This document shows, piece after piece, positions 8,599 to 19,848 of a stretch of 64,000 nt of DNA; position 1 is the stretch's first letter, and each line of letters begins with the position of its first letter. Below the pieces are notes generated by a model that worked only from the letters and a program-made list of their open reading frames with translations, ran no database searches and had not been told where the DNA came from. The position numbers were made by a program, and so were the translations under genes. The stretch spans positions 9,298 through 73,297 of the forward strand of contig JASDVF010000048.1 of the NCBI GenBank assembly GCA_041440805.1, in the 5' to 3' direction. The DNA comes from Myxococcota bacterium. GTDB lineage: Bacteria > Myxococcota_A > UBA9160 > UBA4427.

Positions 8599-9777
8599 AT
8601 GGCCGATCTGACTTTCAAGGCGTTCGACGCCGACCATCACTACTACGAAGCCGAAGACGCATTTACCCGACATATCGATCGGCGTATGAAGAGGCGCTGC
8701 ATGGACTGGGCGATCGTGGGCGGCAAGAAGCGCCTACTCGTCGGTGGCAAGGTGAACAGTTTTATCCCGAACCCGACGTTCGATCCGGTTGCTAAGCCGG
8801 GCATCCTCGACGAGTACTTCCGCGGTCGAAACCCGGAGAACAAGGGGATCATCGAACTCTTCGGAGAACTCGATCCGATCAACCCCGCCTATCGTGACCG
8901 CGATGCGCGCATCAAGCAGCTTGATACGCAGGGCCTCGATGGTTGCTGGCTGTTCCCGACCCTCGCCGTCGGAATGGAAGCGTCCCTTGAGCATGATCCC
9001 GAAGCGATGTGCGCGGCGTTCCGTGCTTTTAATCGCTGGATGCTTGAAGACTGGGGCTTCTCCTATCAGGACCGCATCTTCGCAGCACCCTATATCCCGC
9101 TATGCGATCCCGAATGGGCGGTCGAAGAGTTGGAATGGGCGATCGCGAACGGCGCGAAGATGGTCTCGCAAACGCCTGGTCGCGTGCGTGGGACGCAGCA
9201 CGGTTCGCCGGGTGATGGCATTTACGATCCCTTCTGGGCGCGCATGGCTGAAGCGAATATGACGTTAGGCATTCACTCGGGTGACGCGAGCTACAACCAG
9301 TTCGCGGATCAGTTCGGTGTCGGCGGCACGTTCAAGGCCTTCGATTTCGATCCGCTTCGAATCGCCATGTCCGCTTCGCCGATTGCCGACAAGCTGGCGG
9401 CCATGACGTGTCACGGTGTCTTCACTCGTCATCCCCAGCTTCGCGTCGCAACGGTGGAATGCGGCAGTAATTGGGTGGGGCCTTTGATCAAGCGTCTCAA
9501 GAAGGTCTACGGCCAGATGCCCATGTTCTTCCAGGCTGACCCGGTCGAGCAGTTCAAACGGAACGTCTGGGTCGCGCCCTACTACGAGGACGATCTCTCA
9601 GGTCTCAAGGACGCGATCGGTGCTGATCACGTGCTCTTCGGCTCCGACTATCCCCATGCAGAGGGTCTGGCCGAACCGACGGACTTCATCAACGATTGCT
9701 CTAGCTTCTCTGATTCGGAGATCCAGCTCGTGATGCGTGAGAACGCGATGGGCTTGCTACAGCCGGCCTCGATCTGA
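8599..9777 (+). CDS. amidohydrolase-2 family metal-dependent hydrolase/decarboxylase
   Basis: ORF 8458..9777 trimmed to ATG 8599 (GGAGG 9 nt upstream). FDADHHYYE metal motif near the N-terminus, and later GSDYPH. Confidence 0.85.
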   Translation: MADLTFKAFDADHHYYEAEDAFTRHIDRRMKRRCMDWAIVGGKKRLLVGGKVNSFIPNPTFDPVAKPGILDEYFRGRNPENKGIIELFGELDPINPAYRDRDARIKQLDTQGLDGCWLFPTLAVGMEASLEHDPEAMCAAFRAFNRWMLEDWGFSYQDRIFAAPYIPLCDPEWAVEELEWAIANGAKMVSQTPGRVRGTQHGSPGDGIYDPFWARMAEANMTLGIHSGDASYNQFADQFGVGGTFKAFDFDPLRIAMSASPIADKLAAMTCHGVFTRHPQLRVATVECGSNWVGPLIKRLKKVYGQMPMFFQADPVEQFKRNVWVAPYYEDDLSGLKDAIGADHVLFGSDYPHAEGLAEPTDFINDCSSFSDSEIQLVMRENAMGLLQPASI

Positions 9778-9824
9778 AATTTAGCGGTCGGGCAATGCGC
9801 CTTCGTGGCGCCCTCTAATAGATG

Positions 9825-9856
9825 CGCGCGGGACTTCGGTCTCGCGCGTTTTTTTT
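9825..9856 (+). terminator. intrinsic terminator
   Basis: 9-bp GC stem (cgcgcggga / tctcgcgcg, one G-U pair) with loop cttcgg, followed by T8 (9849-9856). Located 48 nt after the amidohydrolase stop. Confidence 0.75.
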
Positions 9857-10008
9857 AATAGATGGGGATGAACGGCTCGCTCGTCGCATCGCCGCGCTTC
9901 TATATAGCTGGGGCAACTTCGGGCAAACGATAGGGGGCGCGGTCGGCTTGAATGCGTGAGTTGTGCCTGAGCGCGAAGCGCGCGAGAACTCGTAGGGCAT
10001 AGAGGCAG

Positions 10009-11757
10009 CTAGCCTCGTTCAAGCCATTTCTTGGCCGCTTCGAGGCGCTTGGCGAGCTGGCCGACGGTCGCTTCCGTGACGCGCTTCAATCCTACGCGGC
10101 GATTGAGCTCGGCGTTCACCTGGGCGTGGCCGACGCCTGTTTTGTGAACGAGAGCGCGGACGATCGCGCTGTTCTGCTCCCTGAGCTGTCGCTTCTTCGT
10201 ACGCGGCGACTGAGCGATGACAGGACTCGGCTCAGGCGTTGGCAAGGGGCCGTCGAATTCTTGGGCGGAAAGCGAGAAAGGTGCAGGGGTCGGCGCCTCG
10301 TCGTCTTCTTCACCGACCAAGCCCGGAATCGCGTCTTCGTCATCGTCGCCGGAATCGGCCTCGACTAACGGCGCGACATCCAGTGGATTCCCGTGCTCAT
10401 CGAGCGGGACCGCCGAGATGGCCGAGAAGAGCGAGAGCTGATCTAGTTCCGGCGCCGCGCGCTCTTCGTTAGGTTCATCAAAGAGGTCATCATCGTCGCG
10501 ATCAGGCTTTCGAAGACTATGGCGTCTCTGCTCGGCGATCCCGGCGGCGAAGGTTCGCAGTCGCACGTCGTCGGGAATGAACATATAGGCACGCTGCTGC
10601 TTAACGCCCTCGGTGGTTCGCACGAGGCGGCCGACCGCCTGCCGAAAGAAGAGATCGGTGATCGTGTTAGTTGCGTACACGCCGACTTTGAGTCGCGGGA
10701 TGTCGACGCCTTCTGAGACCATCCGCACGGCGACGATCCAGGGGTCGCTGCTATCGGTGAATTCGGAGATTTTCCGGGAGGCGCCGGGGTCGTCGGAGGT
10801 GGCGATCGTGGGTTGCACGCCGGCGCGCTCTTTGAGCACTTTGGCGATCCCGCGCGCATGATCCTGATCGATCGCGATGACCAGGCCAGCGGCGCGAGGG
10901 TCAGATTGGCGCAGGTGCATGACCTGGCGATGGGCCTTCATGAGAACGGCGGGAAGCCATTCGCCCTCGATGTCCAAGGCGGTTCTAAGGCGCTGGCTCG
11001 AGAGTGTGCGTCCGACAGCGTCGTCGAAGCTCGCGGCATGGGTCGACCCATCCGGCGACGTCCATTCCATATGCCCGTTGATTCGTGGGAAATAGACGGG
11101 GCGGACAACCTTGCGGTCGCGGAGCGCCTCGCCGTAGCCGTATTCGTAGTCCGCGTGGGCTTCCTCGCCGACGTAGCGGACGAAGGGGATCGCACTCTGA
11201 TCCGATCGAAAGGGCGTGCCTGAAAGGCAAAGCCGTACGGGTGCCTGCTCGAAGGCGGTTCGGATCCCATCGCCCCAGGACCTTGCATCCGCTGCATGAT
11301 GGACCTCGTCGAGGACGACGAAAGCCTGGGACACGAGTCGCCGGAGCGCTCCGGGATTTGCAGCGACTTGTTGATAGGTGACCGCAACGCCATGAACGTC
11401 CGAGGGCAGCGTACCGTCGGAGGAGGACCACTCGGGATCGAGGTGGATGTCCATCTTTTCGGCGGCGATCGCCCACTGGAGCTTGAGATGTTGCGTGGGA
11501 ACGACGATCACGCATCGCCGCACCTCCCGCCGAACCAAGGCGCGACGAATCGCACCGAGCGCGAAGGTTGTCTTCCCGGCGCCGGGTGTCGCCACTGCGA
11601 GAAAACTCGAGTGGACGCGCGCCTCGAGTTTCGCGAGCGCTTCTTTCTGCCAGGCACGAAAGCGGATGGGCGCCGCCACGACGGGCCACCTCGGAGCTGC
11701 CACTGTGATCAAAGCCGCTGCTGTAAATACAACTGCAACAACAAGGCGGAAACACAA
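10009..11757 (-). CDS. SF2 DEAD/DEAH-box helicase (type III restriction Res-like core)
   Basis: Walker A ATPGAGKT, DEVHH box, SGTPFRSD. Acidic linker and a basic C-terminal tail. The exact start is uncertain; an internal GTG is possible. Confidence 0.8.
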   Translation of the reverse strand: MCFRLVVAVVFTAAALITVAAPRWPVVAAPIRFRAWQKEALAKLEARVHSSFLAVATPGAGKTTFALGAIRRALVRREVRRCVIVVPTQHLKLQWAIAAEKMDIHLDPEWSSSDGTLPSDVHGVAVTYQQVAANPGALRRLVSQAFVVLDEVHHAADARSWGDGIRTAFEQAPVRLCLSGTPFRSDQSAIPFVRYVGEEAHADYEYGYGEALRDRKVVRPVYFPRINGHMEWTSPDGSTHAASFDDAVGRTLSSQRLRTALDIEGEWLPAVLMKAHRQVMHLRQSDPRAAGLVIAIDQDHARGIAKVLKERAGVQPTIATSDDPGASRKISEFTDSSDPWIVAVRMVSEGVDIPRLKVGVYATNTITDLFFRQAVGRLVRTTEGVKQQRAYMFIPDDVRLRTFAAGIAEQRRHSLRKPDRDDDDLFDEPNEERAAPELDQLSLFSAISAVPLDEHGNPLDVAPLVEADSGDDDEDAIPGLVGEEDDEAPTPAPFSLSAQEFDGPLPTPEPSPVIAQSPRTKKRQLREQNSAIVRALVHKTGVGHAQVNAELNRRVGLKRVTEATVGQLAKRLEAAKKWLERG

Positions 11758-11827
11758 CGGGAACGCAATAAAAGGGACGCACTTGGGGGGAGGGCGCGAC
11801 CGGTTAGACGGCTTTCAACTCTAGCAT

Positions 11828-11864
11828 GAACCCGAACGCGCAATCACGTAGCGTTCAGGGGTTC
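11828..11864. promoter_or_regulatory. 12-bp-arm inverted repeat (gaacccgaacgc ... gcgttc-ag-gggttc)
   Basis: Arms at 11828-11839 and 11851-11864 with an 11-nt loop and a 2-nt bulge. Lies in the divergent helicase / MaoC intergenic region. Confidence 0.3.
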
Positions 11865-11941
11865 GCGAAAACCTTTGCAAAAAGTGGGATCGCTTGGGGC
11901 AAACACTGGATGAAAATGACAAAGAGTGAGAGGGGAAAGAG

Positions 11942-12946
11942 ATGAGTCTGGAAGAAGCAGGGAATCGAGTGCGCGAGGGACTACTCGAAGAGGTTGGGCA
12001 ACCCTTTGGCGAGGGCGGGCAAACGGTTGCACCCGATCCGGTGAATGTTCCGATGATTCGGCATTGGGTGGACGCACTTGATGATCAAAACCCGATCTAT
12101 CTCGATGACTCCGCAGCGCAGGCGGCGGGGCATGAAGGAATCGTTGCGCCTCCGGCCATGTTGCAGACCTGGGGTATGCAGCGCCCGAAGATCGAGGGTA
12201 TCGCGGAGCGCGGCGGCACCGCACAGGAATCTAAAGGAGAGAGCCCGATCACGGTGCTCGCTGCCGAGGGATTCACGGGAACGCTCGCCACGAACTCAGA
12301 GCTCGAATTCGATCGCTATCTGCGGCCCGGCGACTTGCTGAGCTCAGGCGGCATCCTCGAATCTATTTCCGAGTTGAAGACGACGGGGCTCGGGCGCGGA
12401 TATTTTGTCACGTGGGTCACGGAATACTGCGACCAGACGGGCGCTTCGGTTGGACGCCAGCGATTTCGCGTCTTCAAGTTCGCGCCGGGCGCCACGGATC
12501 CGAATGCTGGGAACGGGAAGAAGTCGGGTGGGGCGGGCACGGCCAAGCCAGAGCCTACGGGCGAGGAGCTACCGGCCTTCGACTTGAAGGTGACGTCGAC
12601 GGTGATCGTGGCCGGTGCGATCGCTTCACGGGATTTCATGCCCGTGCATCATGATGCCGATTTTGCGCGAGCCCAAGGCGCGTCGGATCTCTTCATGAAT
12701 ATCTTGACGACGAATGGTTACGTCGGGCGCTTCGTGACGGATTGGGCGGGGCCGCAGGCGCGGCTGGGCAAGATCGCGATTCGGCTTGGCGGTCCGGCGG
12801 TACCCGGGCAAGTGATGCGGTTTACGGGTCGCGTGACGGGGGACTCGGCAGTCCCTGGTGGCCGTTTGAAGACGGTGACCCTCGCGGCGATCAATGACTT
12901 AGGCGCCCATGCCACGGGGACGGTCGAGGTGACCGTCCCCGCATAG
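11942..12946 (+). CDS. two-domain MaoC-like (R)-specific enoyl-CoA hydratase (ChsH-like, fused N and C hot-dog domains)
   Basis: 334-aa ORF with a GAGAGGGGAAAGAG purine tract upstream. N-terminal FAS1-like dehydratase region, Gly/Pro linker, and C-terminal MaoC hot-dog region (..RDFMPVHHDADFA..). Confidence 0.8.
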   Translation: MSLEEAGNRVREGLLEEVGQPFGEGGQTVAPDPVNVPMIRHWVDALDDQNPIYLDDSAAQAAGHEGIVAPPAMLQTWGMQRPKIEGIAERGGTAQESKGESPITVLAAEGFTGTLATNSELEFDRYLRPGDLLSSGGILESISELKTTGLGRGYFVTWVTEYCDQTGASVGRQRFRVFKFAPGATDPNAGNGKKSGGAGTAKPEPTGEELPAFDLKVTSTVIVAGAIASRDFMPVHHDADFARAQGASDLFMNILTTNGYVGRFVTDWAGPQARLGKIAIRLGGPAVPGQVMRFTGRVTGDSAVPGGRLKTVTLAAINDLGAHATGTVEVTVPA

Positions 12947-13011
12947 GGCTGGGTTATGCGCGTTCAGTCCGGACCTGCTGGTCTGAGCGCGCTTGCCGGC
13001 TTCGGCCGGTT

Positions 13012-15288
<2,277 letters not shown>

Positions 15289-15368
15289 TCATTGGGGTGC
15301 TCGCGGCTTCGCGCGGCGCATCTGACTGTTCGGCGAGCCGAGGTTCTAACAGAATTGGCGGTGGGTCT

Positions 15369-16079
15369 CTACCCGGCGCCGAGTTCCGCCAGCAGCCGCG
15401 GCCGAACGATCTCTGTCCAGAGGGCGTAGCCCTCTTCTGATAGATGCAGGCCATCGAACCTGAAGAGCTCGGGCGGCGGCGCTTCACCGGCGCCCAGCTC
15501 GACCATGGGCGAGCTCACGTCGAGGATCCGAACCAGGGGATCCGCCGCCGCGATCGCGCTGATGCGCTCGTTGGCTTTCTGCATCTCGGGCCACAAATCC
15601 CATCGCAGCCGGGATGCCTTGATCGTGAGGTAGTAGACGGGAATCTCGGGCAGCGTCTCGCGAACCTTGGCGAGGAGCTCCCGGAAATCGGCTTCGACGA
15701 CCTCCGGAGTCTTCCCTGAACCGATGTCGTTGTCGCCGACGTAGACGACGAGAGCACGTGGCGCGTAGGGCTTGATGATTCGGTCGGCGTTATACACGAC
15801 ATGGGACATGTGCGCGCCGCCGAACCCGCGATTCAGAACGCGCAGCGGCTCCATGTCTTCGGTCAGCGAAGTCCAGAAGCGGATGCTCGAACTCCCGGTA
15901 AAAAGGACGAGTCCTTTTTCAGGCGGTGCGATGGCGTCGGTTTCTTCGAAGGCGACGATTTCGCCTTCCCAAAAGTCTGGCGCCGCTGCTGCGCCCTGCC
16001 AGGAGACAGAGAGCCAAACCCCGCCCGCGACTACGAGGGCGATCAGGGCGAGGAGGATACTAAGTCCTAGACGCTTCAT
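15369..16079 (-). CDS. SGNH/GDSL-family hydrolase (esterase) with N-terminal signal anchor
   Basis: ORF 15369..16367 trimmed to ATG 16079 (MKRLGLSILLALIALVV). Block I FTGSSSI and a later GDNDIG. Confidence 0.75.
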   Translation of the reverse strand: MKRLGLSILLALIALVVAGGVWLSVSWQGAAAAPDFWEGEIVAFEETDAIAPPEKGLVLFTGSSSIRFWTSLTEDMEPLRVLNRGFGGAHMSHVVYNADRIIKPYAPRALVVYVGDNDIGSGKTPEVVEADFRELLAKVRETLPEIPVYYLTIKASRLRWDLWPEMQKANERISAIAAADPLVRILDVSSPMVELGAGEAPPPELFRFDGLHLSEEGYALWTEIVRPRLLAELGAG

Positions 16080-16084
16080 GCGGA

Positions 16085-16894
16085 TCAGCGCGGGATCGGG
16101 AAGGCTGCCGGGAAATCGTTCGTACGCAGCAATGCGTCGGTGCCGCCGTCGATAAAGATGACAGAGCCTACAAAGAATCGCGCAGTCGGACCTAACAAGA
16201 AGCAGATCAAGCTCGCGATTTCTTCGGGCTTGCCATTGCGACCGATCGGCATCGGGAACTTGTCCATATGCGGGCCGATCGCCGGGTCGGCCATGCCTTC
16301 CGCGACCATTGCGGTCTCGGTCTTGCCAGGGGCGATTGCGTTCATGTTGATGCCGCGCCCGATCCACTCTTCTTTAACAGATCGCTCGCGGAGCCAGCGA
16401 GCAAGCGCCATCTTGGTCGCGGGATAGGCCATGATCGAGCCCGTCTTGTCCCCAACTGCACGCGCCGCTTCTTCGTCGCCCGTCGCAAGGGCTTCGACGA
16501 GCTGCATAGGCAGCCCCGGCGCAGTCGTCGTTGAATTGGAGGACAGTGCGACGACTGAGGCTTCACCGCTTGCGGCGAGGGCATCATGCAGGCCATCGAT
16601 CATTTCGACCGTTCCGAAGTAGTTGAGACTGACGAGCAGGCTGCCCGGGCGATCGGGAAGACCGCTGAGCCCGGCGCAGGGGACGAAGCCGTCGAGCTTT
16701 CCGTCGCAGTGCTCAAGAATGCCGGCGACCGCGGCCTTTCGACCGTCGGGGGTCGAGAGGTCGGCGATCAGGCTCTCGCTGGTGTCGGCCTTGTTGACGT
16801 CGACGCCAATCGTGCGGTGGCCTTCGCTCTGGAGTTGGGCGGCGGTGGCTCGGCCTATGCCGGATGCGGCGCCTGTGATCGCAATCGTCTTCAT
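16085..16894 (-). CDS. SDR, 3alpha-hydroxysteroid dehydrogenase/carbonyl reductase-like
   Basis: MKTIAITGAASGIG...ADLSTPDGRKAAVAGILEHCDGKLDGFVPCAGL... closely parallels, from memory, Comamonas 3alpha-HSD/CR. Lies 5 nt upstream of the SGNH gene. Confidence 0.8.
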   Translation of the reverse strand: MKTIAITGAASGIGRATAAQLQSEGHRTIGVDVNKADTSESLIADLSTPDGRKAAVAGILEHCDGKLDGFVPCAGLSGLPDRPGSLLVSLNYFGTVEMIDGLHDALAASGEASVVALSSNSTTTAPGLPMQLVEALATGDEEAARAVGDKTGSIMAYPATKMALARWLRERSVKEEWIGRGINMNAIAPGKTETAMVAEGMADPAIGPHMDKFPMPIGRNGKPEEIASLICFLLGPTARFFVGSVIFIDGGTDALLRTNDFPAAFPIPR

Positions 16895-17052
16895 TATGAG
16901 CTCCTGTTGCAGTCAGTCCCGGCAAACGCGGGCCTCGAATAATAACGCCACAGCCGTGGTTCTGCCTCTCCTCACTCCGATCCCGCGCTGGGCGCATCGC
17001 GCTGCTGTTGTAGGCTGCGGAGGCCGATTGAACTGACAACTAGGAGAAACCC

Positions 17053-17571
17053 ATGAGCATCCCCGAGCCCCAAATCCCTGGCGCGCTGAGCCCGAACCAG
17101 GCGGCGGACCTCGCGTCGATCCAGCAGCGCATTTTCTTTTACGGCTGGTGCATCGATCATCGACGCTTCGAAGATCTCGACGAGCTCTTTCTCCCGGAGT
17201 CCGTGGTTCACTACGACACGCCCGGTGGTACGAAGGGCACTTGGCCTGAAATTCGAGAGTGGCTCAAGCCGGCACTACAAATTTTTCGGGCGACGCAGCA
17301 TAATATGCATAACACGATAATCGCGTTCGAGGGCGTCGACGAAGCGACCACGACGACTTATGGCCACCTCGTCCATTTTCAAGAGAAGAAGGACGGGGCG
17401 ATTAACATGTTCCGGCACTCGGCAATCTATCGCGATCGATGGGTGCGGCGCGAAGGCTTGTGGCGTCCGCTCGAGCGAACCCTCACGAATCTCGGCGAGG
17501 ATGGCCCGGTCTTCTTCGGCGACGACGTTGTCTCGTTTGCCGCGCCGAAGTCGGTGTCCGCTTCAGGTTAG
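17053..17571 (+). CDS. NTF2 / SnoaL-like superfamily protein
   Basis: 172 aa, AGGAGA RBS. IQQRIFFYGWCIDHRRFEDLDELF is typical of SnoaL_4-type domains. Confidence 0.7.
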   Translation: MSIPEPQIPGALSPNQAADLASIQQRIFFYGWCIDHRRFEDLDELFLPESVVHYDTPGGTKGTWPEIREWLKPALQIFRATQHNMHNTIIAFEGVDEATTTTYGHLVHFQEKKDGAINMFRHSAIYRDRWVRREGLWRPLERTLTNLGEDGPVFFGDDVVSFAAPKSVSASG

Positions 17572-17640
17572 CCTGGTCCCCGAAACGATCGGGCGCGTTT
17601 GGGCGCCCGATCGCGCGTGCTTCGGCGCTTGCTCCTAGGC

Positions 17641-19662
17641 CTACTCCGACGCCTTCTCTGATCGCTGCGTCGGCGAATACCAAATCGGGGAGGAGTAGGC
17701 TCGATCCTGATTGACGCGGTCCTTCACCTCGGCGGGCACGTCGCTTTCGAAGACTGCGGCGTCGTAGTCTGTCCAGCGGGGCGTCGGGATCTCTAGAACA
17801 CGGACGTAGTAGAAGGCGGCTTCATCCGGGTCGAAGTCGGGGTCGCGCCATACGGTTGTAAGCTCCGCTGCACCGATCTCATTGGTGTACGTCGCTCCGG
17901 CTTGATCGACGGTCGTGCCGACCGGGTCGAGTTTCCCACTCCTACGAATGCGGCGCCGGTCCCGTCGCTTCGGGTCGTTGTTTGACCACATGACGTCATG
18001 GACGCGCTCGAAGGTCTCGCCGCCTTCGCCTAACCAGCCCTTTACGACCTGGATACGATCGAGGTTCGCACCAATGGGATCGCGGCTTGCGGCGATCAAA
18101 AAAGAGGGGACGCGACCGCGCGGGCGGTCGCCGAGGTCACTGCCCATAGACACACCCTTCGCGTAACCGATGCGCGCCACATCCGCGCTATTCGCATCTT
18201 CGTCCTTGAAGCCCCAGCCTCCAAAGAATCGAAGTGTGATTCGCGGGCCGGTCGTCGCATAAACTTCCTTGCGGGTCATCGCATCGAAGATCGATTCGCG
18301 GGTATTTTCGCGCGCCCATACGGCGGCATAACCCGAGGCAGCTTGTTGCCAGCCCATCGTGACAAAGTCGCCGGCTTTGCCGACAGGGCGCGTAGCGCGG
18401 GTGGCAGAGGGTTCCATTCCCGCGCTGTGCTTGCCAAAGAAGTTGTTCTCGTCGGCGGTCGCCAGGGCGGTATGCGAGTCCGTTGATCCGATCATGCCGA
18501 AGCGGAAGGGGTTTACGCCAAGCTCTCCGAAAAGGCTGAGGCCGAGCTTGAGCGCGCCGCGCGCGTACTCGAACTCGAGCATATCACTCGTTTTGGGTAC
18601 GCCCGCAAAGTTACCTTCGTCCCAGCTTTCGTAGTCAGCGAATTCGTCGTCGGGAGAGAGGAAGGGGTGCGCCTCGCCGTCGCCTTTGATCTGTGTCACC
18701 TCTGCGAGGGGTTCCCAGCGCGCGCGTCGGTTCGCATAGTCTGCGTCGATCGGATTTCCGTCGCGGGTCTCCGGGCGGAAGAGGAGGCCGTTCGAGAGAT
18801 TACCGTTATGCGGAATCGCGAGAACACGCCCCCCTGTTTCGGCTTCGTATCGGCCTAACGATGCCCAAAGGTCCTCGGGGTCATCGCTCATATAGGAAGA
18901 GAAGGGGAGTCTGTCCTTCAATTTGTCTGCGCCGTCTCGGTATATGACCACGCGATGTAAGTTGCTGCCGCCGGGCCAGGACGTCCATTCGTAGCCGATG
19001 AAAGCTGTAAAGGCTCCGGGTGCGTTATGCCGTTCGGCAGCTTCTACGTTTTGTGCCCAAGCAGGCCCTATGATTTTGGGATCGTTCAGTTCGTCGGGCC
19101 AACCCTTCATGCGACCTTCTAGGGAGATCTGGAGGCCCGCTTCCGGATTGCCGACCTCAACCAAGAGTCGCCGCCATTCCTTCAGACGATCATTCGCGAG
19201 GAGTGTTTCGTCCTCGCCGACAAGCGCGGTCATCGAACCCATCCCGTTCGCATGATCGGCGACGACTAGGAAATCGAGTGGGCGGTCAAGGCGTGCCGTC
19301 TGACCATGCGTCGCAACAACGGTTCCGCCCTTGGCGAAGCGGTAGGCCTGGTCCGCATCGAGGGTTACACCGAAGCTGTAGGCGTCTTGAGAGAGCTGGG
19401 TATGGAGATGGGTGTCGCCCCAGAGAAGCGTTCGCGGGAAGTCTTCTCGGGTCGCAGGCGAGTACGAAGGAGCGTTTAAAGGAGCGTCCAAAGGAGCGTC
19501 CAAGGGAGCCGTGTCGACCACTTCTTCGGCTGCGGCGTCGAGCGGGGAGCCAGACTCCGCCGAATGCGGTTCGTGTCCATCTGCCTCTGCTCGGGAAAGG
19601 GGTGTCAGCAACAGCGCGAGCGCAAGCGCCGTCCCAGAGCTGGTCGCAATTGCGACATTCAT
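17641..19662 (-). CDS. secreted DUF3604-family (PHP-like metal-dependent) protein
   Basis: ORF 17641..19749 trimmed to ATG 19662 (signal peptide MNVAIATSSGTALALALLL). WGDTHLHTQLSQDAY metal motif. About 670 aa. Confidence 0.75.
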   Translation of the reverse strand: MNVAIATSSGTALALALLLTPLSRAEADGHEPHSAESGSPLDAAAEEVVDTAPLDAPLDAPLNAPSYSPATREDFPRTLLWGDTHLHTQLSQDAYSFGVTLDADQAYRFAKGGTVVATHGQTARLDRPLDFLVVADHANGMGSMTALVGEDETLLANDRLKEWRRLLVEVGNPEAGLQISLEGRMKGWPDELNDPKIIGPAWAQNVEAAERHNAPGAFTAFIGYEWTSWPGGSNLHRVVIYRDGADKLKDRLPFSSYMSDDPEDLWASLGRYEAETGGRVLAIPHNGNLSNGLLFRPETRDGNPIDADYANRRARWEPLAEVTQIKGDGEAHPFLSPDDEFADYESWDEGNFAGVPKTSDMLEFEYARGALKLGLSLFGELGVNPFRFGMIGSTDSHTALATADENNFFGKHSAGMEPSATRATRPVGKAGDFVTMGWQQAASGYAAVWARENTRESIFDAMTRKEVYATTGPRITLRFFGGWGFKDEDANSADVARIGYAKGVSMGSDLGDRPRGRVPSFLIAASRDPIGANLDRIQVVKGWLGEGGETFERVHDVMWSNNDPKRRDRRRIRRSGKLDPVGTTVDQAGATYTNEIGAAELTTVWRDPDFDPDEAAFYYVRVLEIPTPRWTDYDAAVFESDVPAEVKDRVNQDRAYSSPIWYSPTQRSEKASE
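19467..19510. repeat. in-frame 12-bp tandem repeat (about 3.5 units) encoding (L-D/N-A-P)n
   Basis: aaggagcgtyya units. Encodes DTAPLDAPLDAPLNAP in the linker after the DUF3604 signal peptide. Confidence 0.85.
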
Positions 19663-19848
19663 GAGTGAAACAAGAGAAGTCAGAGACGGACTGAGTCGGG
19701 ACACTGGATACTCCTCGCCATGCGTGCGGCGATGCTGGGTCGGAGCCAAGGGTACGCGATCTCACTCCTTTCCAGTACATCGCGAACGTGGGATGCTCCG
19801 GGGGCACATGGCGACGTGTGAAGAATGTCGCGGGGGAGAGTCTGTGCG

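Noticed and set aside
10009-11757. Res-like SF2 helicase as part of a restriction or defence system
   Set aside because: It is solitary, with no methyltransferase, nuclease or other defence partner nearby. The flanking genes are metabolic.
12989-13004. gccggcttcggccg hairpin (UUCG loop), also present at 56883-56897, as a REP-like element or terminator
   Set aside because: There are only two copies, the stem is 5 bp, and there is no U-tract. This is compatible with chance in GC-rich DNA.
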